This document shows positions 26,516 through 36,018 of a stretch of 61,983 nt of DNA, piece after piece. The stretch is from the IMG/VR virus record IMGVR_UViG_3300045004_000088, positions 192,001 to 253,983 of that record; one strand, given 5' to 3'. Origin of the DNA: a virus. Made by a program: the position numbers and the translations under genes. Position 1 is the stretch's first letter. Each line of letters begins with the position of its first letter. The notes beneath the pieces are model-generated. The model saw only the letters and a program-made list of their open reading frames with translations, had not been told where the DNA came from and did no database searches.

Positions 26516-26583
26516 GCCCTATTTACGCTTCCTATGGCGATCACGTCTCGGATTGTCTATCATGTGAAGACTCGGAGGGAGAC

Positions 26584-27882
26584 GTGGACAGCACCTACAC
26601 CGAACTGAGTTTTTTGCTCGACGCCGCAGCCAAGAGCGGCACGTCGGTGTACCTCCATTTGGAACCACTCGTTTGGGACGTGACCGACCCCAAGTCCGAG
26701 AAGAACCTCGCGATCTGCACGCCCGACTCACGGTTCACCATCCCGATGTCGGCCGAGAACGTCCCGTTCATCTTTTCGGTCCTCAAGCGTTCCATCCTCG
26801 CGGAAAACAGAACCGTGATCGGGTGGGATCTCAAGCCGCTGTTTTCTTGGTTGAAGAGGTGTTTGAAGAAGTTCGACTTGCCGAAGATTCGGTACTTCGA
26901 CCTTCGGTATTTGGAGAAGTACGCCGGCATCCAACTGGAAAAGCCGACCGGCTTCGAGGAAGCTCAGGTTCGCGCCGGGGCCGTCACGAAACAAGACAAC
27001 TGGAAAGAAGCCACATCGATGTGGCAGAAAGTCATCAAGCCGCTGGCGACGAACGTGGTTCCCGCGTTGGAGAACAACGGGTTCCTGAACGTTGACCGCG
27101 TGGCCCGCGTGTTCCCGTGCTACCAGATCGAAGCACAGTACAACGGCCGCATGTCGTGTTCCGAGGACTTCGTCCACGGCGTCAACGTTCAAACGATGGG
27201 CGACGACTTGCGTGGAAAACTGCGGCCGTTGGGCCTGGACGAAGTGTTCATGTATTTCGACTACTCGAACATGGAAGTGGCCGTCCTTCAATGGCTGTCA
27301 CAGGACGAAGATCTCGCGGAGTTCATGGCCGAGGGCCGGTTCTACGAGAACCTGTGTCAGTTCCTGTTCGGCCGCGAGAGCAACGAAAACTCACGAAAGA
27401 TGGTGAAAAAAATCTTCCTGCCGACTATCTACGGGTCATCGGCCATCGGTCTGGCAAACAAGCTGCCATGCCGAGAACAGATTGCGGAGACGATCATCAA
27501 TCGTTTGAAGCAGCAGTTCGCGAAGTCTTTTCGCTACGTCGAACAATTCCAAGATGAAGCCGCGAAGAACGGTTTCGTCCGTGACCGATTCGGGCGTCGG
27601 CGGTACATCACTGAACCGTACCTCGCTCGTTCTTTCTCCATCGCTTCCCCGGCCACGGCCATTTGCCTTGAGCGACTCGTCGCTCTACACAATCTAAACG
27701 TCTCGCCGCTCCTGATGTCGATTCACGACGGTTTCGTCGTCTCGGCTTCACAAAAGAACGCCAGCAGCGTTTGCGCCGCCGTGAAGGACTGCCTTGAGGC
27801 CGAACCCTCTTTGGCACCGGGTCTTAAACTCAACGTTCACTGCACAATCGGGAGGAGTCTTGCCGGCATGACGGGCCTATAA
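26584..27882 (+). CDS. family A DNA polymerase (polymerase domain; no 5'-3' exonuclease)
   Basis: Motif A DYSNMEVAVLQW, motif B RKMVKKIFLPTIYG, motif C SIHDGFV; GTG start after GGAGGGAG. Confidence 0.85.
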   Translation: MDSTYTELSFLLDAAAKSGTSVYLHLEPLVWDVTDPKSEKNLAICTPDSRFTIPMSAENVPFIFSVLKRSILAENRTVIGWDLKPLFSWLKRCLKKFDLPKIRYFDLRYLEKYAGIQLEKPTGFEEAQVRAGAVTKQDNWKEATSMWQKVIKPLATNVVPALENNGFLNVDRVARVFPCYQIEAQYNGRMSCSEDFVHGVNVQTMGDDLRGKLRPLGLDEVFMYFDYSNMEVAVLQWLSQDEDLAEFMAEGRFYENLCQFLFGRESNENSRKMVKKIFLPTIYGSSAIGLANKLPCREQIAETIINRLKQQFAKSFRYVEQFQDEAAKNGFVRDRFGRRRYITEPYLARSFSIASPATAICLERLVALHNLNVSPLLMSIHDGFVVSASQKNASSVCAAVKDCLEAEPSLAPGLKLNVHCTIGRSLAGMTGL

Positions 27883-27918
27883 TTCGATGACCACACCGTT
27901 CGGTCACGAAGGAGAAAA

Positions 27919-28479
27919 TTGAAGTCGATCCTTGATGAGTGGAAAGTCACTCCCGAAGAGTACGCGAAGTTGGACCAAGAGTTCGGCAAACTCTGTTACT
28001 ACGCCGCGTGGCAACTCTCCCGCAAGAACACGAAAAACAACCACCAAAACGACCTCGAAGACTTCTACCAAGAACTGATCTTCTCGATGCTAAAGGCCGG
28101 GTCTTACACCAAACGCCAGAACTACATCAGCTCCAGCCTCGACACCTGCCGCAAGCACACGAAAGACCCGTTTTGTCGGAAAGTGCTTTTCAAGTTGAAG
28201 AAGTTGTGGAAGAATCGTACCCGTCACGGCGCGAACCGTCAAAAGTTCGGCCCGCGTCAGGAAAAGATGCTCGAAGAACTGGTGCAGAAGAACGTCCCAG
28301 AGGGCGTGCGGCCGTCGAGGGACCGCTCGCTCGAAATCGACAGCGGGTTCAAGAAATACTGCAAGCAGATCATCTGGAACCAGACCCGTTCGATGGGCAA
28401 GAAGATCACCCGCGAGAAACCGTTCCGCGTCGGAATGGTTTCCCTTTCTGAGTTCAACTATCTGGGGGGCAGCTTGTGA
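27919..28479 (+). CDS. hypothetical protein (186 aa)
   Basis: ORF in the replication module. Confidence 0.5.
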   Translation: MKSILDEWKVTPEEYAKLDQEFGKLCYYAAWQLSRKNTKNNHQNDLEDFYQELIFSMLKAGSYTKRQNYISSSLDTCRKHTKDPFCRKVLFKLKKLWKNRTRHGANRQKFGPRQEKMLEELVQKNVPEGVRPSRDRSLEIDSGFKKYCKQIIWNQTRSMGKKITREKPFRVGMVSLSEFNYLGGSL

Positions 28480-29006
28480 GCGACAAGAAGAAGTACGTCA
28501 TCATTCACGCGCACGATCCGAATCACCCCGGCCGCGTGCTGCTGGTCGAGAAGGACCGTCCCGCGTGGCAAAAGGGCTGTCTCAACCTGCTCGGCGGCAA
28601 AGTCGAGCCGGGGGAAACGGAACTGGAGACGGCTCTGCGGGAGCTAAAGGAAGAAAGCGGTCTGCCCCTCAAGACCACCAAAGACAAAAAACATCGGCAC
28701 GAGGACGTGAAGCTGATGGGCGCTATTGCCACGGACGCGGCGGTGGTGTATTGTGTTTCTTTACCTGTGGACAGCACGGTGAAACTCAAACCGAGAAAAG
28801 GCGAGACGGAGATCGCCGCGTGGTACGAGTGGGATACCGTCAAATCCGACAAGCGTCTGATCCCCAACCTGTTGTGCATCGTGCCGTTGTGCATGGCCGG
28901 CGTAACCGGGTGGTTCGTAAACGGGACGGCGGTCGGCGACGGGGTATACGATGTAACGGTCAGGCTCCTCCTCGATCACCCGATACCACACAAGCCAGAG
29001 GAATGA
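28476..29006 (+). CDS. NUDIX hydrolase
   Basis: GGKVEPGETELETALRELKEESG. Confidence 0.7.
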   Translation: MSDKKKYVIIHAHDPNHPGRVLLVEKDRPAWQKGCLNLLGGKVEPGETELETALRELKEESGLPLKTTKDKKHRHEDVKLMGAIATDAAVVYCVSLPVDSTVKLKPRKGETEIAAWYEWDTVKSDKRLIPNLLCIVPLCMAGVTGWFVNGTAVGDGVYDVTVRLLLDHPIPHKPEE

Positions 29007-29010
29007 TCCC

Positions 29011-30630
29011 ATGCCCCTGAACGCCGAAGAAGAAAAAGAACTGCAAGGTCTTCTCGCTTCGGCAAAGGGGGAGAACCCGGTTCGGTTTTCATGGGACGAG
29101 AACTTTCAGCGGCGGCTCCTCTCGCTCCTGTTAACCGACACCTACTTCCTCATCCAGTCCCAATCTCTGGTCAAGCCGACCTACTTCACCAACGAGTCCC
29201 ACGTCCTCGCGTGCGAGGTGTTGTTCGAGCTTTTCGCCAAGTACAAGTCCATACCCGAAAAGTTCATCTTGGTTCAGGGCGTTCAAGACAAACTCAAGGA
29301 CCGCGACGACTCGGTCAAGCTCGCGTTCGTCGGCGAGGTCGAAAGCGTCTACGACTACTACGTCCCCGGCATCAGCACCCGCGAAGTGCTGCTCGACCGT
29401 CTGACCATGTTTTCTCGCGCCCAATCGACGCGGATCGCATGCAAGAAAGTCGAGAAGATGATTTTGGAGAAGCCGGACGAAGAGAAGACGTGGCTCGAAG
29501 TCGATGAGATGCTCCGCAACACGTTGCTCGTTCAACGCGGTATGGATGTCGGCTTCGAGTTCTTCATGTCGATTGACGAGATGTTTCGTCGGATGAAGGA
29601 GCAGCAGGAGTCGGGCGAGAAGTTCACCACCGGCCTCGACTGGATCGACCGCCGTCTGTCGGGCGGCACCCCGAAACGCGGCGAACTGTACGCATGGATC
29701 GGCTTGCCCGGACGCGGCAAGTCGCTGCTGCTCGCACAGGCGGCTACCGAGAACGTCAAGCTCGGCCACCGCGTCTGTTACATCTCGCTCGAAATGGACG
29801 ACGTTGAAGTCGCCAAGCGGATCACGTCCCAGTTGACGTGCAACGACATCAACTTCCTGTGGGACAACCGCGACTCGATCAAAGAAGAGATCGATTTGCG
29901 GAACAAGAATCTCCAAGAGGGCGGCGGCGAACCGAACAACCTGATCATCCGTCAGTACCCCGGCGGTACGGTCGATGTGAACTTCGTCCGCGCCTATGTC
30001 GCCCACCTGAAGCTGTACGGGTTCAAGCCGGACGTTCTGATCATCGACTACGCGGGTGAGTTCAAAGAACCGGCCGACATTCCGAGTTGGGAAGCGAAGT
30101 ACCGCATCATGCGTGACCTTCGCGCGATGGCGATCATGGAAGGCATGGTGGTGTACACCGCCGTCCAGCCGAACAAGAGTGCCGCCGAACTGACGGAGAT
30201 CAACCAGTATATTGACGAGTCGAACATCGGCGGCTCGTTCGACCAGTTCAAGCCGCTCGACGGGTTCTGGTCGATCAACCAGTTGAAGCAGGAGAAGGAC
30301 GCGAACGTCGGCCGCGTCTTCATCATCAAGCACCGGAGCGGCAAGAGCCAAGAAGCCGTGGACGTTGAGTTCGACTACGGCACCATGCGAATCTCGCAGA
30401 TCGACCGGCAGCGGTACAACAAGCTGTTGCAGTCGAAGGCAGATGAGACGGCACAGGAAATCGACTCCAACAGTGCCAAGCTCAATCAGGGGTCAAAGGG
30501 CGGTAAGAAGAAGAAGGGCTTGGAGCCGTTCCACCCCAACAACACCGACAAGATGGAGTCGGAAACGTGTAACTACGAATCACCGGCACACGGCAAGCCA
30601 CCTGAAACCGCGCCCGCAGAGGAACAGTAA
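29011..30630 (+). CDS. DnaB/gp41-family replicative DNA helicase
   Basis: Walker A GLPGRGKS, YISLEM and LIIDYAG. Confidence 0.85.
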   Translation: MPLNAEEEKELQGLLASAKGENPVRFSWDENFQRRLLSLLLTDTYFLIQSQSLVKPTYFTNESHVLACEVLFELFAKYKSIPEKFILVQGVQDKLKDRDDSVKLAFVGEVESVYDYYVPGISTREVLLDRLTMFSRAQSTRIACKKVEKMILEKPDEEKTWLEVDEMLRNTLLVQRGMDVGFEFFMSIDEMFRRMKEQQESGEKFTTGLDWIDRRLSGGTPKRGELYAWIGLPGRGKSLLLAQAATENVKLGHRVCYISLEMDDVEVAKRITSQLTCNDINFLWDNRDSIKEEIDLRNKNLQEGGGEPNNLIIRQYPGGTVDVNFVRAYVAHLKLYGFKPDVLIIDYAGEFKEPADIPSWEAKYRIMRDLRAMAIMEGMVVYTAVQPNKSAAELTEINQYIDESNIGGSFDQFKPLDGFWSINQLKQEKDANVGRVFIIKHRSGKSQEAVDVEFDYGTMRISQIDRQRYNKLLQSKADETAQEIDSNSAKLNQGSKGGKKKKGLEPFHPNNTDKMESETCNYESPAHGKPPETAPAEEQ

Positions 30631-31304
30631 TGAGCAACGTAGACCTTCCCGGCTTCGGGCAGAAGCGGATCGTCAACCTCGACGGTCAGGACATCGTCCT
30701 CGACCCGGCGAACCTGCGATTCTCGGACCCGACCCTGAACCAATTCTTCGAGTTGGTGTCAGGTTTCTGTGACTACTACGGCCAGAAGTTGGCCGACGCG
30801 AACCGTGCGGTCGCGCGGGCCGAGCAGTTGTACGACCGGCTCTACATCGAGAAGTTCAAGGTCTACCGCGAGGAAGGCAAGAGTGAGAAGACCAGCGAGC
30901 TTTACGCCAAAGCCGAGGCAGAGGTCGTCAAGGCGAAGACGGCGGTTCACGAGGTCACTCACAAACGTGACAGTGTCTGGAACCACCTGAAGGCACTGAA
31001 CGCGGCCCGCGAGGACGCCCACAACCGGGGCCACTTCTTGCGGAAGGAACTCGACAAGATCAACATGGAGGTCCGCGCGGGCAACGAAACGGCCGCATAC
31101 GAGCCGCCGGCCCGCCAATCTCCGGTTTCGACCCGGAACGACTCGCCGCCGGCTTCACGGTTCCAGACGGAATCGCCCGAAGAGATCGCCGAAGTCACCC
31201 ACTCCAAGCCGCAGTTCCCGGCCCGTCGTCCAGTTTACCGGAACGACGATGCGGAAATGGATGATCTGCTCGAACAGGCGGCGGCAGCTAAGAAAAAGAA
31301 GTAA
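30630..31304 (+). CDS. hypothetical protein; possible replisome accessory or helicase loader
   Basis: ATGA-coupled to the helicase; the role is inferred. Confidence 0.45.
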   Translation: MSNVDLPGFGQKRIVNLDGQDIVLDPANLRFSDPTLNQFFELVSGFCDYYGQKLADANRAVARAEQLYDRLYIEKFKVYREEGKSEKTSELYAKAEAEVVKAKTAVHEVTHKRDSVWNHLKALNAAREDAHNRGHFLRKELDKINMEVRAGNETAAYEPPARQSPVSTRNDSPPASRFQTESPEEIAEVTHSKPQFPARRPVYRNDDAEMDDLLEQAAAAKKKK

Positions 31305-31322
31305 TCCCGAATGGGGGCGTCA

Positions 31323-32846
31323 ATGAAGTCTTTTTATATCACGACCGCCATCGACTACCCGAACGCCGAGCCGCACATCGGCACCGCGTTCGAGAAAGTC
31401 GGTGCGGACGTACAGGCCCGTTTTCAGAGGTTCGTCGGCCGTCAGGTTTATTTCCTGATGGGCAACGACGAGAACACACAGAAGGTGGCTAAAGCCGCCG
31501 CCAAGAAGGGCCAAGACGTTCAGGTTTACGCCGACGCGATGGCGGGCAATTTCCGTCACGCTTGGCGTTCGCTCGACATCACCCAGAGCCGCTTCTGTCA
31601 AACGTCCTCACCGGAACACCACAAGTTCTGTCAGGATTTTTTGCAGAAGGTGTTCGAGAACGGCCACATCTACTCCAAGCACTACGAAGGCTTGTACTGC
31701 CCGGAGTGCGAGGAGTACAAGCTGTCTGTTGTCAACGGGGAGTGTCCGCAGCACCCCGGCCCCAAGCTCCAGACCCGGAGCGAGCAGAACTATTTCTTCG
31801 CCCAGTCGCGGTTCAAGGAAGAGATCCTGAAGCTGTACGAAGAGAAAAAAATCAAGGTCATTCCAGAATACCGTCAAAACGAACTGCTCAACTTCGTACA
31901 GTCTGAAAAGGACATTTCGATCAGCCGGTCCAATCAGGGATGGGGCATTCCGGTCCCGTGGGACTCTTCGCAGGTTATCTACGTCTGGTTCGACGCCCTA
32001 CTCAATTACCTGTCGTTCGCGAACGGGAACTGGCCGGCTGACGTTCACGTCATCGGTAAGGACATCGTCCGGTTCCACGGCGCGTTGTTCCCGGCCATGA
32101 TCTTGGCTTACAACTCAGACCCGCAGAAGAAGGGTTACCCGAAGATCCCGCTGCCTCACACGATCTTCTCGCACGGGTTCGTGTGTCGGAAGACGGACAA
32201 CGGGTTGACCAAGTTCAGCAAATCGTCGGGTGACGCCCTCGGCCCGTCCGCACTCGTGCAGGTGTTCGGGTCGGACGCCTATCGATACCTGTTCATGAAG
32301 TCGGCCAACTTCTCCGAGGACGCCGAATACTCCTTCGGGATCTTCGCCGAGACGTACAACGCCGATCTGGTCAACAAGTACGGGAACCTGTTTAGTCGGG
32401 TATGTCGCCTCGCCGCGACCAAACTCGACTGTAAGATTCCCGCGCCGCAGAATCCGCTCGAAGGGGTGAAGTTCGCGTGGTGGCACCGCGACATGGCGGC
32501 GTTCAATTACCGTGACGCACTCGTGACCTGCATGGACGTGATCGACACCACGAACAGGTATCTCGAAGACCGCAAGCCGTGGGCGGAAGACGCGGTAGAC
32601 GTTCCAGAGACAATCGCGGTTGCGGCGCATACCCTGAAGATCATCTCGGCATTGTTAGCCCCGGTGATGCCGGACAGCAGCCGCGAGATCTGGCAGACGC
32701 TGACCTACGAGGGCCAGCCGTGTTTCGACATGGCCGGTCTGGAACATCTGGAAGAGTTCATCTCAAACAAACTGCCCTTGACAGTAGATCAAAAAAAGGT
32801 AAAAGAGGGTAAGGTGAATATCCTGTTCCCTCGCTACAAGGGCTGA
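31323..32846 (+). CDS. metG: methionyl-tRNA synthetase catalytic core (no C-terminal tRNA-binding domain)
   Basis: HIGH-type PHIGT; zinc knuckle CPECEEY...CPQH; KMSKS-type KFSKS; N-terminus aligns with MetRS. Confidence 0.9.
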   Translation: MKSFYITTAIDYPNAEPHIGTAFEKVGADVQARFQRFVGRQVYFLMGNDENTQKVAKAAAKKGQDVQVYADAMAGNFRHAWRSLDITQSRFCQTSSPEHHKFCQDFLQKVFENGHIYSKHYEGLYCPECEEYKLSVVNGECPQHPGPKLQTRSEQNYFFAQSRFKEEILKLYEEKKIKVIPEYRQNELLNFVQSEKDISISRSNQGWGIPVPWDSSQVIYVWFDALLNYLSFANGNWPADVHVIGKDIVRFHGALFPAMILAYNSDPQKKGYPKIPLPHTIFSHGFVCRKTDNGLTKFSKSSGDALGPSALVQVFGSDAYRYLFMKSANFSEDAEYSFGIFAETYNADLVNKYGNLFSRVCRLAATKLDCKIPAPQNPLEGVKFAWWHRDMAAFNYRDALVTCMDVIDTTNRYLEDRKPWAEDAVDVPETIAVAAHTLKIISALLAPVMPDSSREIWQTLTYEGQPCFDMAGLEHLEEFISNKLPLTVDQKKVKEGKVNILFPRYKG

Positions 32847-32851
32847 CCAAT

Positions 32852-33466
32852 ATGGTGGACCCTGTCAAATGCACTAACTTCTCCAGAGATCAATATCATC
32901 TGGAGGAGTTCGCAATCTTCAGTATCTGTGTCGCCAACAAGCCGGCCCTTCGCATCGCCAAGCTTTTGCACGACATGCTCGTACCCCTCGACGGCGACTT
33001 GCCGTTCACCAAACTCAAGAAATACGACCGGCCCGGAATAACCGACCTTATCATGAAGAGTAAGATGGGTTGCCACACCATGAAAGGTCGTGGCGTTCAT
33101 CAACTCGTGAACAAGGATCTGGACCTTCGGACCTGTACGGCCGAGGAACTCGAAGAGATCTGCGGCATCGGCCTGAAGACCTCCCGGTTCTTCCTGCTCC
33201 ACAGTCGCGAGAACCAGCGGTGTATTCCGCTCGACACGCACATCCTGAAGTTCTTGAAGGACAACGGGGTGAAGGATGTGCCGAGTTCCACGCCCAGTTC
33301 GGCGTCCAAGTATCGCGAGTTGGAAAACAAAGCTTTGGGCTTCGCCGACAAGCGGAAGATGAAGCCAGCCGAGTTCGACCTTTCAGTCTGGCGCGAGTAC
33401 AGTGGGAACACTGTGAGTGCCGTAACCGGAGAGAGTTATGACGCAGATCTCAGAAAAGCACTGTAA
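32852..33466 (+). CDS. HhH-GPD superfamily DNA glycosylase (endonuclease III-like)
   Basis: HhH LEEICGIGLKTSRFF followed by PLDTHI. Confidence 0.55.
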   Translation: MVDPVKCTNFSRDQYHLEEFAIFSICVANKPALRIAKLLHDMLVPLDGDLPFTKLKKYDRPGITDLIMKSKMGCHTMKGRGVHQLVNKDLDLRTCTAEELEEICGIGLKTSRFFLLHSRENQRCIPLDTHILKFLKDNGVKDVPSSTPSSASKYRELENKALGFADKRKMKPAEFDLSVWREYSGNTVSAVTGESYDADLRKAL

Positions 33467-34112
33467 AAAATACATGCGGATGGCGAAGCAGGTGGGGGAG
33501 GACAACAACCCGTGCTACTCAAGGCACATCGGCGTGGTGGTCGTAAACCCGCGACAGCATCGGGTCGCCGCGACCGGGTACAACGGCCCGCCCCGCGACA
33601 CGCCGCACTGTGACGACCTCGAATACCTGAAGAACGTCGTCTGGCCGCAGTTGACCGACGCCGAGAAGAAACGGTTCGTCAACATCACCTTCATCGACCA
33701 GACGACCGGCTGTCACACCGGCAATCCGTCGTGCGTCGATCCAGAAGCGATGACGGACGAGCAGAAGCGGGATTACGCCTGCGGCATTCACGCCGGGTGC
33801 AAGACGTGTCCCCGGAAGATCGTGGGTGCGCCGTCCGGTCAGCGGCTCGAACTGTGCAGTTGCGCCCACGCCGAGACGAACGCCATCGTCAACGCCGCCG
33901 ACGACCTGAACGACTGCGTGATGTTCTGCTGGTGCGGCGTTCCGTGCTTTGAATGCACGAAGCTGATCGTCAACGCGGGCATCAAAGAGATCTGGGTCAT
34001 CAACTGGGGCGCGGACTACAGTTCCGGGTCGAGGTGGTTGTTCCGCAAGGCCGGCGTCAAGATTAACGAACACAAACCGGACTACTACTTGGAAGGCGAG
34101 GCCGCGTCGTGA
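33438..34112 (+). CDS. dCMP deaminase
   Basis: CAHAETNAI and PCFECTKLIVNAGIKEI zinc-binding motifs. Confidence 0.85.
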   Translation: MTQISEKHCKKYMRMAKQVGEDNNPCYSRHIGVVVVNPRQHRVAATGYNGPPRDTPHCDDLEYLKNVVWPQLTDAEKKRFVNITFIDQTTGCHTGNPSCVDPEAMTDEQKRDYACGIHAGCKTCPRKIVGAPSGQRLELCSCAHAETNAIVNAADDLNDCVMFCWCGVPCFECTKLIVNAGIKEIWVINWGADYSSGSRWLFRKAGVKINEHKPDYYLEGEAAS

Positions 34113-34471
34113 ACGAAGAAGACCCTCGAAAGACGGGCCTTAAAAACGGCCTCCGTCAACTCACCATCGAACAACTTCGCCGGGTGATCGACTGCCCCGG
34201 CGAAATGGTCCTCGACACGCACAACTACGAGAACGGCTGTTTCTGTCCGCTCGCGGTCGGTGTGGGACTCGACAGCATGCCGCAGCCGACCCACCAGAAG
34301 GTCTTCGACATGTTGACCGACATGGGTTTCAAGGTGTACAACACTCGCGGGATCGTGGGCAACTTCTACACCACCAACCGGCGGGCTGATCTGCTGGAAG
34401 CGGCGAACGAGGTTTTGGCCGAGAAGGAAGCTGCGCGAAATCAAGAAAACTTAACGGCGTTGAGCTTCTAG
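34109..34471 (+). CDS. hypothetical protein (120 aa)
   Basis: GTG start overlapping the previous stop. Confidence 0.45.
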   Translation: MNEEDPRKTGLKNGLRQLTIEQLRRVIDCPGEMVLDTHNYENGCFCPLAVGVGLDSMPQPTHQKVFDMLTDMGFKVYNTRGIVGNFYTTNRRADLLEAANEVLAEKEAARNQENLTALSF

Positions 34472-34627
34472 ATAGTATGCCTGTCTTCGTGCGAGCTACA
34501 GGCCGTTCGCCCTCGCTCGTGAGTGCTTGGGGGATCGGACGCCGCACAGGGAGCTAGGTCGTCACGACGCCGTTGGCTCGTTGCCATCGGGGGACCGAAT
34601 TTCCGAGAAGTCTCCGAAAAAGAGACA

Positions 34628-34670
34628 GTAAGGGGTGTCAGCGAGGGTGCGGCACCCCTTACTTATTTGT
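34628..34670 (+). terminator. hairpin GTAAGGGGTG-N15-CACCCCTTAC followed by TTATTTG
   Basis: 10-bp stem and T-rich tail. Confidence 0.45.
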
Positions 34671-34673
34671 GGT

Positions 34674-35297
34674 ATGACTCCACTCGAAATCAAATCCGAA
34701 ACCGAAACCCTGTTGGCGAAGCCGTTCAACACCAGGGTTCTTTTGAACATGGCCCGGCTCATTAACGAGAATGATCGCCGGGCTTCGTCGTATACCGACC
34801 CCTACTACATCCCCTTCTACTACCATCTCGGCAAACTGATCACTCCGAAATCGGTTGTCGAAGTGGGTTTGCGTCTGGGCCTGACGGGGGCCGTCTTTTT
34901 GACATCGTGCAAGAGTGTGGAAGAGTATTTGGCTTTGCACGAGTTGAATGGGAGCGACTATTACTCTGGTAGATTGGCGAAAGCAAACATCCGCGATCAT
35001 TATCGGGGAGTGCTATATACCCACGCCGGATCGGTCGAAGACCCAGAGTTTTCGACTCGTTTGGAAGCTCGGACATGGGATCTCGCGGTCGTTAACGACC
35101 AGTTCGACTACGACCGCCACCTGTTGATGTTGGAAACCCTCTGGCCACTCATTTCGCCCGGTGGTTATTTGGTTTGCGATTACATCGGCAGTCACCCGCC
35201 CGCACGCAAGGCTTGGGACGGCTTTTGTGCGGCGAGGAGAATCAAACCTGAGTTCATAGACACCAGATACGGCGTATCTATTGCACAGCAAGACTGA
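34674..35297 (+). CDS. class I SAM-dependent methyltransferase
   Basis: Motif I VVEVGLRLGLTG and PGGYLVCDY. Confidence 0.6.
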   Translation: MTPLEIKSETETLLAKPFNTRVLLNMARLINENDRRASSYTDPYYIPFYYHLGKLITPKSVVEVGLRLGLTGAVFLTSCKSVEEYLALHELNGSDYYSGRLAKANIRDHYRGVLYTHAGSVEDPEFSTRLEARTWDLAVVNDQFDYDRHLLMLETLWPLISPGGYLVCDYIGSHPPARKAWDGFCAARRIKPEFIDTRYGVSIAQQD

Positions 35298-35312
35298 AGG
35301 GGATGAGACGCT

Positions 35313-36017
35313 ATGGGATTTGAGATCACGGGCGTGATTTACTGCTTGCGAAACTTGACGAATGGCAAGATTTACGTTGGCAGTACCACCAAACCGAAGT
35401 GGAGAAAGAGGCAACACTTCTCGGATTTGAGAAATCAGCGACACTACAACACCCATCTTCAAAATGCTTTCTCCAAGTATGGAGAAAGGAATTTCGTTTG
35501 GGAAGTTGTGGAGGAGGTTGCGGTTTCAAACCTTGCAGATGCTGAAAAGAAATGGATCAAACAGACGAAGGCCACGGATCGGCAACGAGGTTACAATTTG
35601 ACTGATGAACCATATGCCCCAATGCGAGGTAAACGCCATCATCCCGAAGCTATCGCCAAGATGAGATCTTCTTCAAGAAAGGGCAGCCGTCATCCCAACG
35701 CCAAACTGGATGAAAAAATGGCATTGGCTGCATTTGAAATGAATGCTCGTGGCGTCAAACGCAGTCAAATAGCTAATGAGTTAGGTGTTAGTGTTTCGGC
35801 GTTGAGCCTCTTATTCATTGGGAAAATTTGGAAACACCTTTCAGCATCGACTATCCCTGCCAAAAAAAGCAAATCTGGGGTTACGGGAGTTTACCAAACT
35901 GCGAATGGGAAATGGATGGCCGAGATAAATAAGGCTGGCCGAAGAATTCATCTTGGTACTCATGATGAATTAGCTTCTGCCGTCAAAGCACGCAAAGACG
36001 CCGAAAGGGGTGAATGA
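35313..36017 (+). mobile_element. GIY-YIG homing endonuclease with C-terminal HTH
   Basis: GVIYCLRNLTNGKIYVGST...R...H...YN; AT-richer island. Confidence 0.8.
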
Positions 36018-36018
36018 G

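Noticed and set aside
29131-30351. 406-aa minus-strand ORF
   Set aside because: Antisense to the DnaB-like helicase. No motifs. Composition of a GC-rich shadow ORF.
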